Shown piece after piece: positions 11,620 to 22,966 of a DNA stretch of 64,000 bases. The DNA lies in contig JAIVFI010000016.1 of assembly GCA_025558095.1 (NCBI GenBank), positions 558,001-622,000 of the forward strand, given 5' to 3'. Each line of letters opens with the position of its first letter. Within the stretch, counting starts at the first letter, position 1. The notes beneath the pieces are model-generated. The model did no database searches and had not been told where the DNA came from. It worked only from the letters and a program-made list of their open reading frames with translations. Source of the DNA: Hyaloraphidium curvatum SAG 235-1 (taxonomy: Eukaryota > Fungi > Monoblepharomycota). Both the position numbers and the translations under genes were made by a program.

Positions 11620-13043
11620 ATGTCGTCCGCCAACGCCCGCGCCTCCGCCGTCGCTTCGCACCTTGGCGTTCGTGTTTCTTGCCGCCCTGCGGCGCTCCGC
11701 TGCTCGAGACGGCCGCTGACGGGTCCCGTTTCCATCCTTCCCCCGACACCGTCGGTCGTCTACGGACTCGCCCGTAATCGACTGGGCATCCATCGCGCTT
11801 TTCCGACGCGCTCTCTGCCACCGTTGGCGCCCGTACCGTCCCTTTCTTGCACTCCGGCGCTGCCGTGGACGCGGGCCCTCCGACCCCGTTTTTCTGTCAC
11901 GTCGGTCGGGTGACTCCCGCACCTCGAAAACGCGTGCACAGGCCTTCCCCGGCGGTCTCGTCGCCGGCCAGGTTGCCATCATCACCGGCTCGGGGTGAGT
12001 TTTCCTCCCTTTGCTCCAGGGCCGGTTCGCCGAAAGCTCACTCCCCGGCCCGCCGTAGCCAGGGCATCGGCCGCGCCGCCGCGCTCCTCTTTGCCAGGGA
12101 GGGCGCCTCGGTCGTCGTGACCGACATCGACAAGGCCAAGGCGGATGCCGTGGCCGAGGAGATCAAGGCCGAGGGCGGCAAGGCCATCTCGTTCCCGGGT
12201 GACGTGACGGACCCCGCTTTCCCCGAGGGGATCGTCAAGGCCGCCGTCGATGCTTTCGGCAAGATCAACCACATCGGTGAGATTGATTGCCGGATGGGGA
12301 AGAGGCGTGTTTGACGATTCCTTCTTCCGGATCACTCCTGACGCTTTCACTGCTGATCACTCAATACCACGACCATTGCCCCTTCCGAATCTCTGCCGAC
12401 CCTTTCTCTGTTGATCACCGGATGCCAATCATCGATCGCCCGCTCCAGTCAACAACGCCGGCTACACCTGGGACGGCATGATCCACAAGATGACCGACAA
12501 GCAGTGGGACACGATGCAGCTCGTCCACACCACCGCGCCCTTCCGCCTGATCCGCGCCGCGGCCGAGTACATGCGCAAGAACGACGGCGAGCCCCGCGCC
12601 ATCGTCAACATCTCGTCCACCTCGGGCATCCACGGCAACGTCGGCCAGATCAACTACTCCACGGCCAAGATGGCGGGTTTTGTCTTCATTTGGGTGTTTC
12701 TTCCGCTAACCGTCTTCTACAGGGCGTCCTCGGCATGACCAAGACCATCGCCAAGGAGTGGGGCCCGCTGGGCGTCCGCTGCAACTGCATCGCCTTCGGC
12801 CTCATTGACACCCGCCTTACCCGCGCCAAGGAGGCCGGCGAGGCCGTCGTCGTCGACGGCCAGAAGATCGCCATCGGCGTGCCCCAGCGCATGCGCGCCG
12901 AGGGCTCCGGCTACCAGGGCATCCCGCTCCGCAGGCCGGGCAAGCCCGAGGATGCCGCCGGCGGTATCCTCTTCCTGTGCTCGCCCCTTTCGGGCTACGT
13001 CACCGGCCACTGCCTCGAGCTGACCGGCGGTGTCGGCATCTAA
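11620..13043 (+). CDS. Short-chain dehydrogenase/reductase (3-oxoacyl-reductase-like), multi-exon, with PTS2-like N-terminus
   Basis: VAIITGSG|QGIG, VNNAG, NISS, YSTAK and GVRCNCIAFG motifs across exons. The first exon is MSSANARASAVASHLG. Confidence 0.85.
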
Positions 13044-13215
13044 GCTGCTCTGCTTTGTCGGACGATCTTGGGCTCCAATATACGGCCGTTGCTTCTATGC
13101 TCTGCTTTCCCCTTCATGTTGGCTACGGACTGGGATGGGAGGTGATGCCTGGGGACCAAGTCATAGATCTTTTGTCCGTCTCGCTGGCCACATTCCCCAG
13201 ACCGCCCACAGCAGA

Positions 13216-16200
13216 CTACGAAACCGGCCTCCGGACGGGCTTCTGCACCCCGGCCACGTGGGGCATCGGGCACTCGAAGCCCGCCGCGCAAGCACCGGCC
13301 GCGTAGTGCGGGCACACGCCCGGCTGCTGGCTCTGCTCGGGCTGCGGGGCGGCCTGCGCCGCCTGGCGCCCCCCGCGCTGCCTCTGCCGACCTCCGCCGC
13401 CGCCCGCCTGCTCCTTCCCTCCCTGGTTGGCGGGTTTCTTTGCGGCTGCTGCCGCGGTGGTCTTCTGTTGCTCGATCGTCGCCTTGATGTTGTCCAGGGT
13501 GGATTGCAGCAGCGCGGTCGCCTGCTGGGACTGCTTGGCAGATTGAGCCGGCTGCCGCTGGCGGTCTCGTCGCCCCGATTTGCCTTCGGAACCCGATGGC
13601 GGAGAGCTGTTGTCTGGCACAAGGGAGGAAGCGGAGGCGACGGCAGCCGCGGGCGCGTCGCCGGCCTGAGCTTGGATCGGAATCTCTTCTGTTTTGGTCG
13701 CACCCGACGCGAAAACTTTGCTGATGACGAGCGTCGCGGGAGCAGCGGCAGGCGGCCGCGCTGGTGCGGGGGTGGATCTTTCCGGAGCAGGAGGTAGCTG
13801 CACGGCGGGATTCTGCTTGACTACCTGCGCCAGCATCGCCGACGTCGGGATGAAGGACGCAACGGGGGGCCGGTCCACACTGCTCGCGGCGCGGCCCGTC
13901 ATCGCGCCCTGCTGCCGCGAGGGGTTGCCCAGTATGGTGACCTGTCCCCCGAACTGCTGCTGGCCCTGTCCTTGGAAGACAGGCCTCGGTGCCTGGCCCG
14001 CCGACTGCCTCGGACGTTGACCGTACGGCTGCCCGCGTTGCTCCGGCGCAACGAGGCCCTGCCAGACGGTGCCGCGGACGACCTGCTGCCAGCACATACG
14101 AAACACGACCATCTCCGGCTGCCGATCGAGCAGGCTGTCGGTTCCAGAGCCACCAGCGTCGGCAGCCTGGCGCGCCTGGTTGAGACGGCGTTGCCACATG
14201 ACGCCGTCGAAGTACTTCCAGGCCCGGGACACGGAATCGCCGAGCGGGCGGCAGCACGCGTCGTTGAGCATCGACAAGGCAAGCATCGTCCGCAGGAACA
14301 GGTTGCCGAGGTGCACGGTGCGCGGCGAAAGGGGCACGTCCCATGGGTTGGCGGCCGCGGCAGGGCGCCCGCGGTAGCTCGGGGATCGCATCGCCTGGTT
14401 CACGGCCTGCGCGAGCAAGGCTTGGGCCTCGAGCGGCTTGACGCGTGCCGCGAAATTCGGGTTGGAAACCAGGTGCCGCAGAGCAAGGCACACGGCCGTG
14501 AGGACGGGAGGAGTGCCGTAGTTGAGGTGAAAGTCCGAAGGTGCACCAGCACAGAGGTAAAAGGCACGGAGACGCTGGTGCTGCTGCGCTGTGAGCAGGG
14601 AAACAAGGCTGGGCAATGATTGGCCGTTGATCTGGAAAAGCATTTGAAGCAAGGTCAGCGACATTGTGTGCCAAACCGTGCAGTCTTCCCACCTCCAACG
14701 TCGCGCTCGCCTTTTCCGGCTCGGTAAAATGCTTTCCCACGCTCATCACCCACTCGGCAACCTTGCCCTGCTCCAGCAGCTCCTCGGCGTCCGCAATCGT
14801 CGAGAGATCGTCGTCGTCCCCCTCCTCGTCGCCCGATTCGGCGAGCAGCTTCCTCGCCTCCTCTTCCAGATCGTCCTCGACCTCCTCGAGATCGGCATCG
14901 GGCTCCTCGGCAGCGACGGCAGGCTCCCCTGAATCCTCGTCCTCGCCGATCAGCCCCGCGATCCTCGCCACGCTGTCCCTGAACCCGTTCTCGTCGACCT
15001 CGTCGTCTTCGGGCGGGGCCGGGAACGCGTCGGCGGGCTGCGCGGGGGCCCAGGCACCGCTTCCGAAAGCGGATGCGGTAGAAGGTTTGGACGGGACGGC
15101 GGCGACCACGGCGGGGTCGCCGAGCCAGGGAGCGGGGTTGGGGAAAGGTGAGGGAGAGCTTCGCGGCGGCGAAGGAGGAAAGCGCGGTGAGAGGCCGGGA
15201 GGTGGCGCCGGGGAGGAAGGCGGAGAGGGGTTGGCAGCCGAAGACGGCACGACGCCGGAAAGCGGGGGGATGGGTGAGAAAGAGGGTTTGGCTGTTGGGA
15301 GAATGTCCGGCAGCGAATGCGGCGTCGGAGGTGTCGCCGCCGCCGGATGCACTTTCGGTTTGTCCTCGGCGCCGGGGTCGGCAAGAAGAACCCCGTAAAC
15401 CCTTCTGAAAAGCTCCTTGGTAAGCTCCCATGTGCCCGGAAGCGCACCGGGCGCGGTCGGCTTCTGCTCGACCACGACGCCAAAGTTGACGAGCCTCTTC
15501 GCGAGCACGGAAAGGCACTCGTAGTCCAAAACGCCCTCCGTGTGCATCGCAACCACGCGCTCCCACACCCCGGGCGCTCGCAGCGCCGCAGGGACAAGAT
15601 GCGTGTCGACGCCGTCCCTGATCCCGTCGAACGAGTACTGCCGCAGCGACGCGCGCAGCCGCTCCGCCAGCTTCGCCGGCTGCGGCGCCGTGCGCCTGAA
15701 GTCCCTCGGCAGCGTACGGGCGTACGCCGCGATCGCGTTGGCGATGGCATTGGCGTCGTGGGGTCCGATGCCCTTGCCCTGCACGTGCTCCAAGATGAAG
15801 CCGGAGGCGCGGGCAAAGTAGTCGTCGCCGGGCGCGGCCGCGTCGCCCGGGCCGAAGTTGTCGAGAAAGCCGACGCGCCGACCGTAGTCATTGCCGCTCA
15901 GGGTGGCGAGGAGGGGCCAATACTCGGGCAGCAGGCCCGGGAAGATTTTGGCCTTGGCTTCGCGGTCGATGAGGGTCGTCCGCATGCCCCGGAGGTTGCG
16001 CAGCGAGAGCACGCGGGGGATGTCGAATGCCAGGTAGTCCGAATCGTCGGCCAGGACGGCGTAAGCGCCCTTTTCGATGGCGCGGTGGGCGATTTCGCGG
16101 TCGGCTTCTCCGAGGGAAAAGTGCACCTCGCAGCCGGCGTCGCGGAAGGCGTTGGGGATCGCGCGGGTGGTCGAGACCGGCAGGAACCACAGCTTCTTGG

Positions 16201-16667
16201 GCGGCATCTGCTGCGATTCGGGAGGCAGCATCTCCTGCGCCGCGAGGTAGTCCATGATCTGCTCCGCGCGCCGGGCTTCCACAGTGCGGCGCGATACCCA
16301 GACCTGAGGGGGAGAGGACAATGAGACGTCACAAGACAGGAGAATCCACGAATGCAGAACCCACCTTGCGCTTCGTGGCCTCGATTTGGCCGTCGAAGAC
16401 GACCGTGAGCGCCCATCCCGCGCGCGTGAACCGCTCGACGAACGTGCGGACCTCGGCCGCCAGCCGCTCGAACTGCCCCCCGCGCACCCAGTCGATGTGG
16501 GGCGAGTAGAGCCTGCGGAAGAGCCCGTTGCCGTCGACGACGATTTCGTTGGAGGACGCCGCGCCTCCGCCCGCCTTGCGCAGCGCGGCGAGCCGCCGCC
16601 CCTCGGCGATCAGGTCGACGTGCCGCGTGGCACGTTCGACGAACGCCGTCAGGCCCGCGACGCCCAT
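13216..16667 (-). CDS. PIN-domain (Asteroid/FAM120-like) protein with C-terminal CCCH zinc finger (introns at about 16304-16363 and about 14634-14692)
   Basis: MGVAGLTAFV, VVDGNG, WVRGGQF, VVFDG, EADREIA, VLADDSDY and LSGNDY motifs. The C-terminus has CPHYAAGACAAGFECPMPH. Confidence 0.8.
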
Positions 16668-16804
16668 CCCGCCGCGAGGGACGCGTCCTTGGCGCCGCTT
16701 AGAGATTTGTTTGTTTTGTCGCCGAGCTCAGAGGTTTCCCGTATCTGGCGATCACGCAACTCGCGGACAAGAAAACACGCGCCGAGATCTGGGCCTCGCA
16801 ACCG

Positions 16805-18325
16805 ATGGAGCTGCCCGTCAGGCTCCGCATACCCCTCGCGAGCGCACCGTCTGCTTCCGATGCGGCGCCCCCGGGGCAAACCGCGTGGCTCCCGCTCGTC
16901 GTCGTCGGCGGAGGCGACCGTGCGCTTCGGACCGTCGAGCGGCTGCTCGCGGCGTCGCCCGGCCAGCAATCGCCGCAAAGGGCGCCCATCGTGGAAGTGG
17001 TCTGCTCGGCCAGGCATCTGAAGAGCCCCGGGCTGGCATCGCTCCTGAAAGGCGAGCCCAGGCTCAGGCGGAGACTTGAGAGGCTGGGGGACTTTGCCAC
17101 CCGGATCGCGGCCGCGTTTTCCGGGCCGAGCGGCCCGGGGAGACCGCTGGTTTTCGTCGAGACGGACTACGGGCACCAATTCGACAGGGACGAATGGGAC
17201 GCGGAGGGGACGGCGGGCCACATCGCAGTCGCGCAAGCGTGCCTGAAGGCCGGGCTCATGGTCAGCGTCTGGGGATTCCCGGAGCTGTCCACGTTTGAGC
17301 TGGACGCCGGCGCATTTGCCGCAAAGCAGGACACGCCGGTGGCTGCCCCGGAGTCCGCCTCTGTGTCGACCCGGGACGACGACTCGAGCACCTTGAGATC
17401 ACCATCCCCCGGCATCGCCTCGCCGCCTCCCCACCCCCATCCAGCCCTCCCTCTCCTCTCCCCCGCACCCCCTTCATCCCCACGCGGCACCCTACACCTC
17501 GTCGGCGCCGGCCCCGGCCACCCCAGCCACCTCACCCTCCTCGCCCTCTCGGCCCTTCTCTCCGCCGATGCCGTCGTCACGGACCGCCTCGTCTCCCCCG
17601 CCATCCTCTCCCTCGTGACCCGACTGAGCACCCGCAACCCGCGGATCGTGGTCGCGGGGAAGCACTGCGGGCGCGCGTCGAGGGCGCAGGACGAGATTTA
17701 CGTCGAGGTGCTGGCGGCGCTCGAGGCCGGCGAGACGGTGGTCAGGCTCAAGTCCGGGGACCCGTTCGTTTTCGGTCGCGGGGGCGAGGAGTACGCGCGC
17801 TTCGCGAGGATGGGGTTCGCGGTTCGCGTGGTGCCCGGCCTGTCTTCCGCGCTGGCGGGCCCGGCCGCGGGGTTGGTCCCCGCCACGCACAGGGGCGCGG
17901 CGGACCAGCTGCTCGTCGCGACGGGGGTCAAGGAGGATGGGTCGATGCCCGGGTTCCCGGAGTACAGCGGGAGGAGGACGTGCGTGTTCCTGATGGCCGC
18001 GGGGAGGCTGGGCGAACTCGCCGGCGCGCTGGCGGAGCGCGGGTTCCCGGCGGACGAGCCGGCAGCGGTGGTGGAAAAGGCAACGTGGGGCGAGCACGGG
18101 GAGGGGGACGAGGCGCTGGAGAGGCTGTTTGGGATAGTGCCGGGCTCGGGCAAGGGCGAGTGGGACACGGGTTTCGAGGGCGGGCAGCAGGTGGTCAGGG
18201 GTACGCTGGAGACCATTGCCGCGCTGGCGAGGGACAGGGGGATAACGAACCATGCCGTGCTGGTGGTCGGGAAGGTGGTAGATGTGCTTTCGGGCGGGAC
18301 GGATGAGAGCGGGAAGAGTGCGTGA
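16805..18325 (+). CDS. MET1: Uroporphyrinogen-III C-methyltransferase (MET1/CysG/CobA-like)
   Basis: LHLVGAGPGHP, DRLVS, VVRLKSGDPFVFGRGGEE, VVPGLSSALA, VVEKAT. The N-terminus has a degenerate VVVGGG dehydrogenase-like part. Confidence 0.85.
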   Translation: MELPVRLRIPLASAPSASDAAPPGQTAWLPLVVVGGGDRALRTVERLLAASPGQQSPQRAPIVEVVCSARHLKSPGLASLLKGEPRLRRRLERLGDFATRIAAAFSGPSGPGRPLVFVETDYGHQFDRDEWDAEGTAGHIAVAQACLKAGLMVSVWGFPELSTFELDAGAFAAKQDTPVAAPESASVSTRDDDSSTLRSPSPGIASPPPHPHPALPLLSPAPPSSPRGTLHLVGAGPGHPSHLTLLALSALLSADAVVTDRLVSPAILSLVTRLSTRNPRIVVAGKHCGRASRAQDEIYVEVLAALEAGETVVRLKSGDPFVFGRGGEEYARFARMGFAVRVVPGLSSALAGPAAGLVPATHRGAADQLLVATGVKEDGSMPGFPEYSGRRTCVFLMAAGRLGELAGALAERGFPADEPAAVVEKATWGEHGEGDEALERLFGIVPGSGKGEWDTGFEGGQQVVRGTLETIAALARDRGITNHAVLVVGKVVDVLSGGTDESGKSA

Positions 18326-18413
18326 TATCGATACAGGCATGATTGACGTCTTCGAACCTTTCCTCCTTATCACCGTGCGCGCCTAGCACCTCGTGCTCCA
18401 CAATGCTTGCCGC

Positions 18414-19067
18414 TCAGCCAGACTTCGTCGGTTTCGGATGATCGTCCTCGTCGCCATCGTCCTCCGTAGGATCCTCCCCGACCGTGAAGCTCCCGTCAAA
18501 GTCCTTGGGCAGCTCCGGCGGGGCCAGGCACGTCGGGCAATCGCTGAACGTGGTCGCCCCAGGCGACGCCTGCAGTTTCTCCCTGTTTGCCGCCACCGCC
18601 GCCGCGGCATCGTAAATCGCCGCCGACGTCGCCCCCTGTCTCCACCTGGCCAGCTCGACCGACGACCCCACCACCACCGCCGTCGCAAGCAGCCCCGCCA
18701 TGCACGCCAGCACGAAGCACAGAGCCCTCTGCGCCCTCCTCGCCGCCGCCGTCTTCTCCGTCCCCGGGGTGACCGCCGACCCGGGGGCCGCATGCGGGGC
18801 ATCGAGCATCGACAGCGACGAGCCCGTCTGCAGCCTGCGCAGCTCCGGCTTCCGATCGGCCATCTTGGACTTGGAGGGCCAGGTAAACTCGACCTCCTTC
18901 TGAGGGGTCGGGGTGGCGAGCAGCTTCTCGATGCCTTGCAGCTCCTCCTCGCTAAGGGCGGCGACAAAGTCGAGCTCGTGCGGCGCGGGGGAGGGCAGGT
19001 GCGCCGCGAGCGGGGGCGGCGGCGGGGCGCGGGTGTGCTGATGAGCGCCTTTGGACGGAGGTGCCAT
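18414..19067 (-). CDS. Hypothetical single-pass membrane protein
   Basis: ORF with one hydrophobic stretch (ALCFVLACMAGLLATAVVVG) and an acidic tail. Confidence 0.5.
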   Translation of the reverse strand: MAPPSKGAHQHTRAPPPPPLAAHLPSPAPHELDFVAALSEEELQGIEKLLATPTPQKEVEFTWPSKSKMADRKPELRRLQTGSSLSMLDAPHAAPGSAVTPGTEKTAAARRAQRALCFVLACMAGLLATAVVVGSSVELARWRQGATSAAIYDAAAAVAANREKLQASPGATTFSDCPTCLAPPELPKDFDGSFTVGEDPTEDDGDEDDHPKPTKSG

Positions 19068-19267
19068 TGCGGTGGCTGTTGCGGCGGGGATAATGCGGAG
19101 CTTCGACGTGGGGGTGTTGGGGTCCAGCTTTCCAGAACTCCGCGCCCCGGCCGGACGCCACGCCTCCCCCCGTAAACAAACACCGCTCGCTCCCCCTCCG
19201 GACACCGCACCGCGCCCAAACCCACCGGAGTTATCAGCCTTGATCCTCCCGACGCGCCCGACGCAGC

Positions 19268-20284
19268 ATGTCCTCCCCTCCGCCGCCGCGCCACCCGCTC
19301 TTCGCGGGCCTCATCGCTCCGTCCCACCCTCTCAAGGACGCGCGCGACGCGTTCGCGGACCCGGCGGCGTGGTGGCGGCACTATTGGCGCAAGTGGCTCG
19401 GGTCCGAGATCCCCTCGGTCGGCACGCCGGCGCCCTCGGCGACGGTGCTCATCTTCTCCTTCCTCGGCGCGTTCCTCGGCATCTTTGCCGTGGCCATGAT
19501 AACCTACTCGGCCGGCGTCCCCGCCATGGTGCGTCCCAACTCCCATGCGCCGGGTACAGTGGGCTGACTCCCGTCACAGATCGGCAGCTTCGGCGCCTCG
19601 GCCGTGCTCATCTTCGGCACCATCGAGTCCCCCCTCGCCCAGCCGCGCAACCTCGTCTTCGGCCACCTCCTCTCCGCCTTCTGGGGCGTCTGCACCGCGC
19701 ACATCCTCGAAGCCTCGGGCGTCCCCGCCTCCGAAACGGGGTGGCGCCGCTCCCTTGGCTGCGCTTCTGCGGTCGCCGGCGCGCTCCTGCTGATGCAGAT
19801 CACACGCACCACCCACCCTCCGGGCGGCGCCACCGCGCTGATCGCCGCGTCCTACCCGGCGCCGTGCAGCCCGCAGCCGTGCTACGTCGCCTGGACCTAC
19901 ATCGTGTGGCCGGTGGGGCTGGGGTGCGCGGTGCTCCTGCTGACGGCGCTGGTCGTGGAGAACCTGGGGGGGAGGAGGTACCCCGTGTACTGGTGGGCGC
20001 CGTACAGGAAGCCGCCGGCCGCGGCGGAAGCGGCGCCGGAGAAGGACGGGGGCGCCGCGCGGGTACCCGGGCCGGTGCAGCCAAAGGACGCCGAGGCGGT
20101 GGTCGTCGAGGACCGCACGGACGAGGAGATGCGAGCGCGGCAGCTGGAGCAGGAGGCCGAGGTGGCGGCGGGGGAGGACGTCACCCCCGGTATCGAGTTC
20201 GAGGAGCTGGAGAGGGAGCTGGGGAGCTATGGCGGCGGTGCGGACGGGGTCGAGATGCGGGACGTGGCAAGCGGGAAGGCGTGA
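19268..20284 (+). CDS. HPP-family membrane protein (one intron at about 19529-19579)
   Basis: SFLGAFLGI, IGSFGASAVLIFGTIESPLAQPRN and THPPGGATAL are HPP-family signatures. Confidence 0.9.
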
Positions 20285-20324
20285 ATCTTCCTGGAATCGA
20301 AGACCTTTGAAGACGCGGGATGGG

Positions 20325-21896
20325 CTACAGCTGGTATGCCCCGTCGAGGTCGATCCCGCCCAGCTCCCCCGCGTACGGATCCCCGCCCAGCGTGTCCGCG
20401 GCCTCGGGCGCCATCGCCCTCCCGTTGAGCTCCAGCAAAAACATGCGCGCGTGCGCCATGCCCCTCTGCGGATCCTGCACCGGCTGCGGCGCGTACTCGG
20501 GGCCCGAGACGTCGACGAGGGACGAGAAGATGGTCCGGGCCTCGGAAAACGCCGCCGAGGCCTCCTCGAGCGCGGCGGGGGGCAGCTTGCGCGCGGTTTC
20601 GGGGTCCGCGAGCACCGCGTCCAGCGTGCCGTGCTTCCGGATCAGCCGTAGCGCGTTGACGGGTCCGATCCCGGGGAGGTTGGGGGCAAAGTCGGTGCCC
20701 AGGAGCAGGCACAGGTCCAGGAACTCCGCCGGGCCAAGGTCCAGCAGCTCCAGCGCCCGGCGCACGTCGACCGTGTCCAGCTCGCCGATGTCCAGGTCGC
20801 GCTCGCGCCCGCGCTTGGCCTGCGGGGGGGCGATCAGCCGGATCCCCGAGGACTGGGTGAGGCCGTACAGGACCGCGTCCGTGTCGGTGGTCATGACCCC
20901 GCCCGCCGCTATGCCGGCCGCGCAGAGCGACGCCGCGAGACACTCCCCTTCGTATCCGGGCGGCGCGGTGTGCACCTGCACGCCCATGATCCGCAGGAGC
21001 TCCTGCAGCGGTTCCACGAGCACCCTGCGGGACGGCAGGTCCACGCGCGTGTTCAGCACCTGGAAGCGCTCGAACTGCTCGTCCGAGATGCGGCGAATTT
21101 CGTCGGCCACGGCGCGGCGGTGCCGCTCGGGCAGCTCTCGGGGGGTTTCGGGGCCGCCGGCGGGGGCCACCCTGTCCGCCAGAAGGGCCAGCTCCCCGAC
21201 GATGTTCGCCGTCGCCTCCTTCAGCGACTTGGACACCGAGCCGTCCGACGCGTGCGTGTACAGCGCCTGGAAGTTGCCCATGGCCCCGGCGAGGTAGTTC
21301 CCCGTGTCGGCGAGCGCGCGGCGCACTTCCGGCCCCGTCCTCGGGTTTTCGGGCAGCACCGGCGGTATGAGCGTCGGGTTGACCAGCGGCGCCACGTCGG
21401 AAATGTCCCTTTCGCGCTCCGCCAGCGCAGCCTGCGCGGTTTTGGAGAGGGCGACGGGCTCGGCGAAGCTCTCGCGCAGCCGCTCCACGGCGGGCGCCCC
21501 CGGGCCGAGGTCGCCGCGCTCGATGCCGTCGGCCACCACGGCCAGCAGCGTTGCGGCCCGCTTCAGCGCCTCGCCGCGGATGTGCTGCCCGTCGCGCTTT
21601 GCGCTCCTCAGCTTGTGCTCGCGCGCCTTCTGCCGCGGGCCCCTCCCGCCGCCCGCGTCGAACGCCACGACCGGCTCGGCGCCCGCCGCACGCAGCGCCG
21701 CCACCAGCCGCACGACGCCTCTCAGGTAGCCGTGCGGGCTGCGCTGCCCGCGGAAGCTGAAGCCGTGGAACAGCCGCCACATCGTCTGGTCGCCGTCGAC
21801 CGCAACGTGCTGCCCCGCGAGCTCCGACGCCGGGATGCGGGACAGCGCGCCAGGCGCGAACCGCCGCAGGAACGGCGTGAGCCCGCGGATTCCCAT
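20325..21896 (-). CDS. XPG/FEN1-like 5' nuclease (PIN + H3TH), intronless
   Basis: MGIRGLTPFL, VAVDG, VVAFD, YEGECLAA, TTDTDAVLYG and LLLGTDFAPNLPGIGPVNALRLIRKHGTL motifs. Confidence 0.85.
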   Translation of the reverse strand: MGIRGLTPFLRRFAPGALSRIPASELAGQHVAVDGDQTMWRLFHGFSFRGQRSPHGYLRGVVRLVAALRAAGAEPVVAFDAGGGRGPRQKAREHKLRSAKRDGQHIRGEALKRAATLLAVVADGIERGDLGPGAPAVERLRESFAEPVALSKTAQAALAERERDISDVAPLVNPTLIPPVLPENPRTGPEVRRALADTGNYLAGAMGNFQALYTHASDGSVSKSLKEATANIVGELALLADRVAPAGGPETPRELPERHRRAVADEIRRISDEQFERFQVLNTRVDLPSRRVLVEPLQELLRIMGVQVHTAPPGYEGECLAASLCAAGIAAGGVMTTDTDAVLYGLTQSSGIRLIAPPQAKRGRERDLDIGELDTVDVRRALELLDLGPAEFLDLCLLLGTDFAPNLPGIGPVNALRLIRKHGTLDAVLADPETARKLPPAALEEASAAFSEARTIFSSLVDVSGPEYAPQPVQDPQRGMAHARMFLLELNGRAMAPEAADTLGGDPYAGELGGIDLDGAYQL

Positions 21897-22020
21897 CGGC
21901 AGAACCGAGGGCTAAACGGGCCCTAACTGGTCCCGAGGGGTTTAAGAAACGCGCCTGGGACACGAGTCCCGCTCATCGCCCCCGAGTCCACATTTTATTG
22001 GAAGGGACCGCCTTATGCCA

Positions 22021-22836
22021 TCAGAGCTCGATGTCCGCGACGACCGCAAAGTGGTCGCTCGGCCAGCGCCGTTTCCCATCCGGGCCCGCAAACCCCGTAC
22101 GGTCCACCGCCGCCCGCACCACCCGCACCGGCCTGCCCCTCCCTTCCCGCACAAAGATGTAGTCAATGTGCTCGCCCCGCCCACCATCGCGGCCCGTGAA
22201 CCCGTGGAACGTGCCGATGCCGTCCGACGAGGGGTCCGCGGCCAGGAGCGCGTCGGTAAAGTGGGAACGGAGGCACGCGATCGCCGGCTCGGTGGGCGGC
22301 GCGTTCAGGTCCCCCATGAAGACCAGCGGCGCGTCGTCCGGAAGCAGCCTCGCCGTCACCATTTCCGCGCTCCTCCGCCGGATGTCCGCGTTGACGTAGT
22401 CAAAGTGGGTCACGGCGGCGTCGAACGGCGCGCCGTCCTCCCCGACGGCCACGAACCGCGCGCGCATGCAGAAGCGCGGGTGCGCGGCGTTCCACGAGAT
22501 GCTCCCCGGCACGTCCGGCGCGTCGGAATACCAGAACTTCGCCGGCGGGCCGGTGCAGAACAGTTCGTGCCCGCGCCAGACGAACGCCGTCCCCTCACCC
22601 CCCAGTGCCCCGTCGTCCCTCCCCGCAAACATCCCGACCCACCCGTCCCCGAGCAGCCGCAGGATCTCCCCGTACTGCCAGTGCAGCACCTCCTGGAAGC
22701 CCACGAGGAGCGGCGGGCCCCGCGCGTGAGACAGAACCAGCCGCGCCACGTCCCCCGCGCGGTGCGGCCACGCGTCCGGCCCGTCCTTGGCCGTGCCGTA
22801 GCGCACGTTGAACGTGACGAAGCGGACCGCGGGCAT
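22021..22836 (-). CDS. Endonuclease/exonuclease/phosphatase (EEP) family protein, intronless
   Basis: TFNVRY, VGFQEV, VTHFD, MGDLNA, IDYIFV and PSDHFAV motifs. Confidence 0.88.
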   Translation of the reverse strand: MPAVRFVTFNVRYGTAKDGPDAWPHRAGDVARLVLSHARGPPLLVGFQEVLHWQYGEILRLLGDGWVGMFAGRDDGALGGEGTAFVWRGHELFCTGPPAKFWYSDAPDVPGSISWNAAHPRFCMRARFVAVGEDGAPFDAAVTHFDYVNADIRRRSAEMVTARLLPDDAPLVFMGDLNAPPTEPAIACLRSHFTDALLAADPSSDGIGTFHGFTGRDGGRGEHIDYIFVREGRGRPVRVVRAAVDRTGFAGPDGKRRWPSDHFAVVADIEL

Positions 22837-22966
22837 CGTGCGCGTCCGGCCGGCGGCGAATGTTTGTTTACGCGTCGGCGTCGAGCTTGCCTCCACCGGC
22901 GATCGCCTCATCGTCTCCCGCCCGCCTCGTCCTCGCGAAACCCGTCGCTCGCCGCGCGACACGAAA

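Noticed and set aside
13040-16321. Single 1093-aa ORF
   Set aside because: After the intron near 14634-14692 the real frame is the one ending at 13216. The remainder is off-frame.
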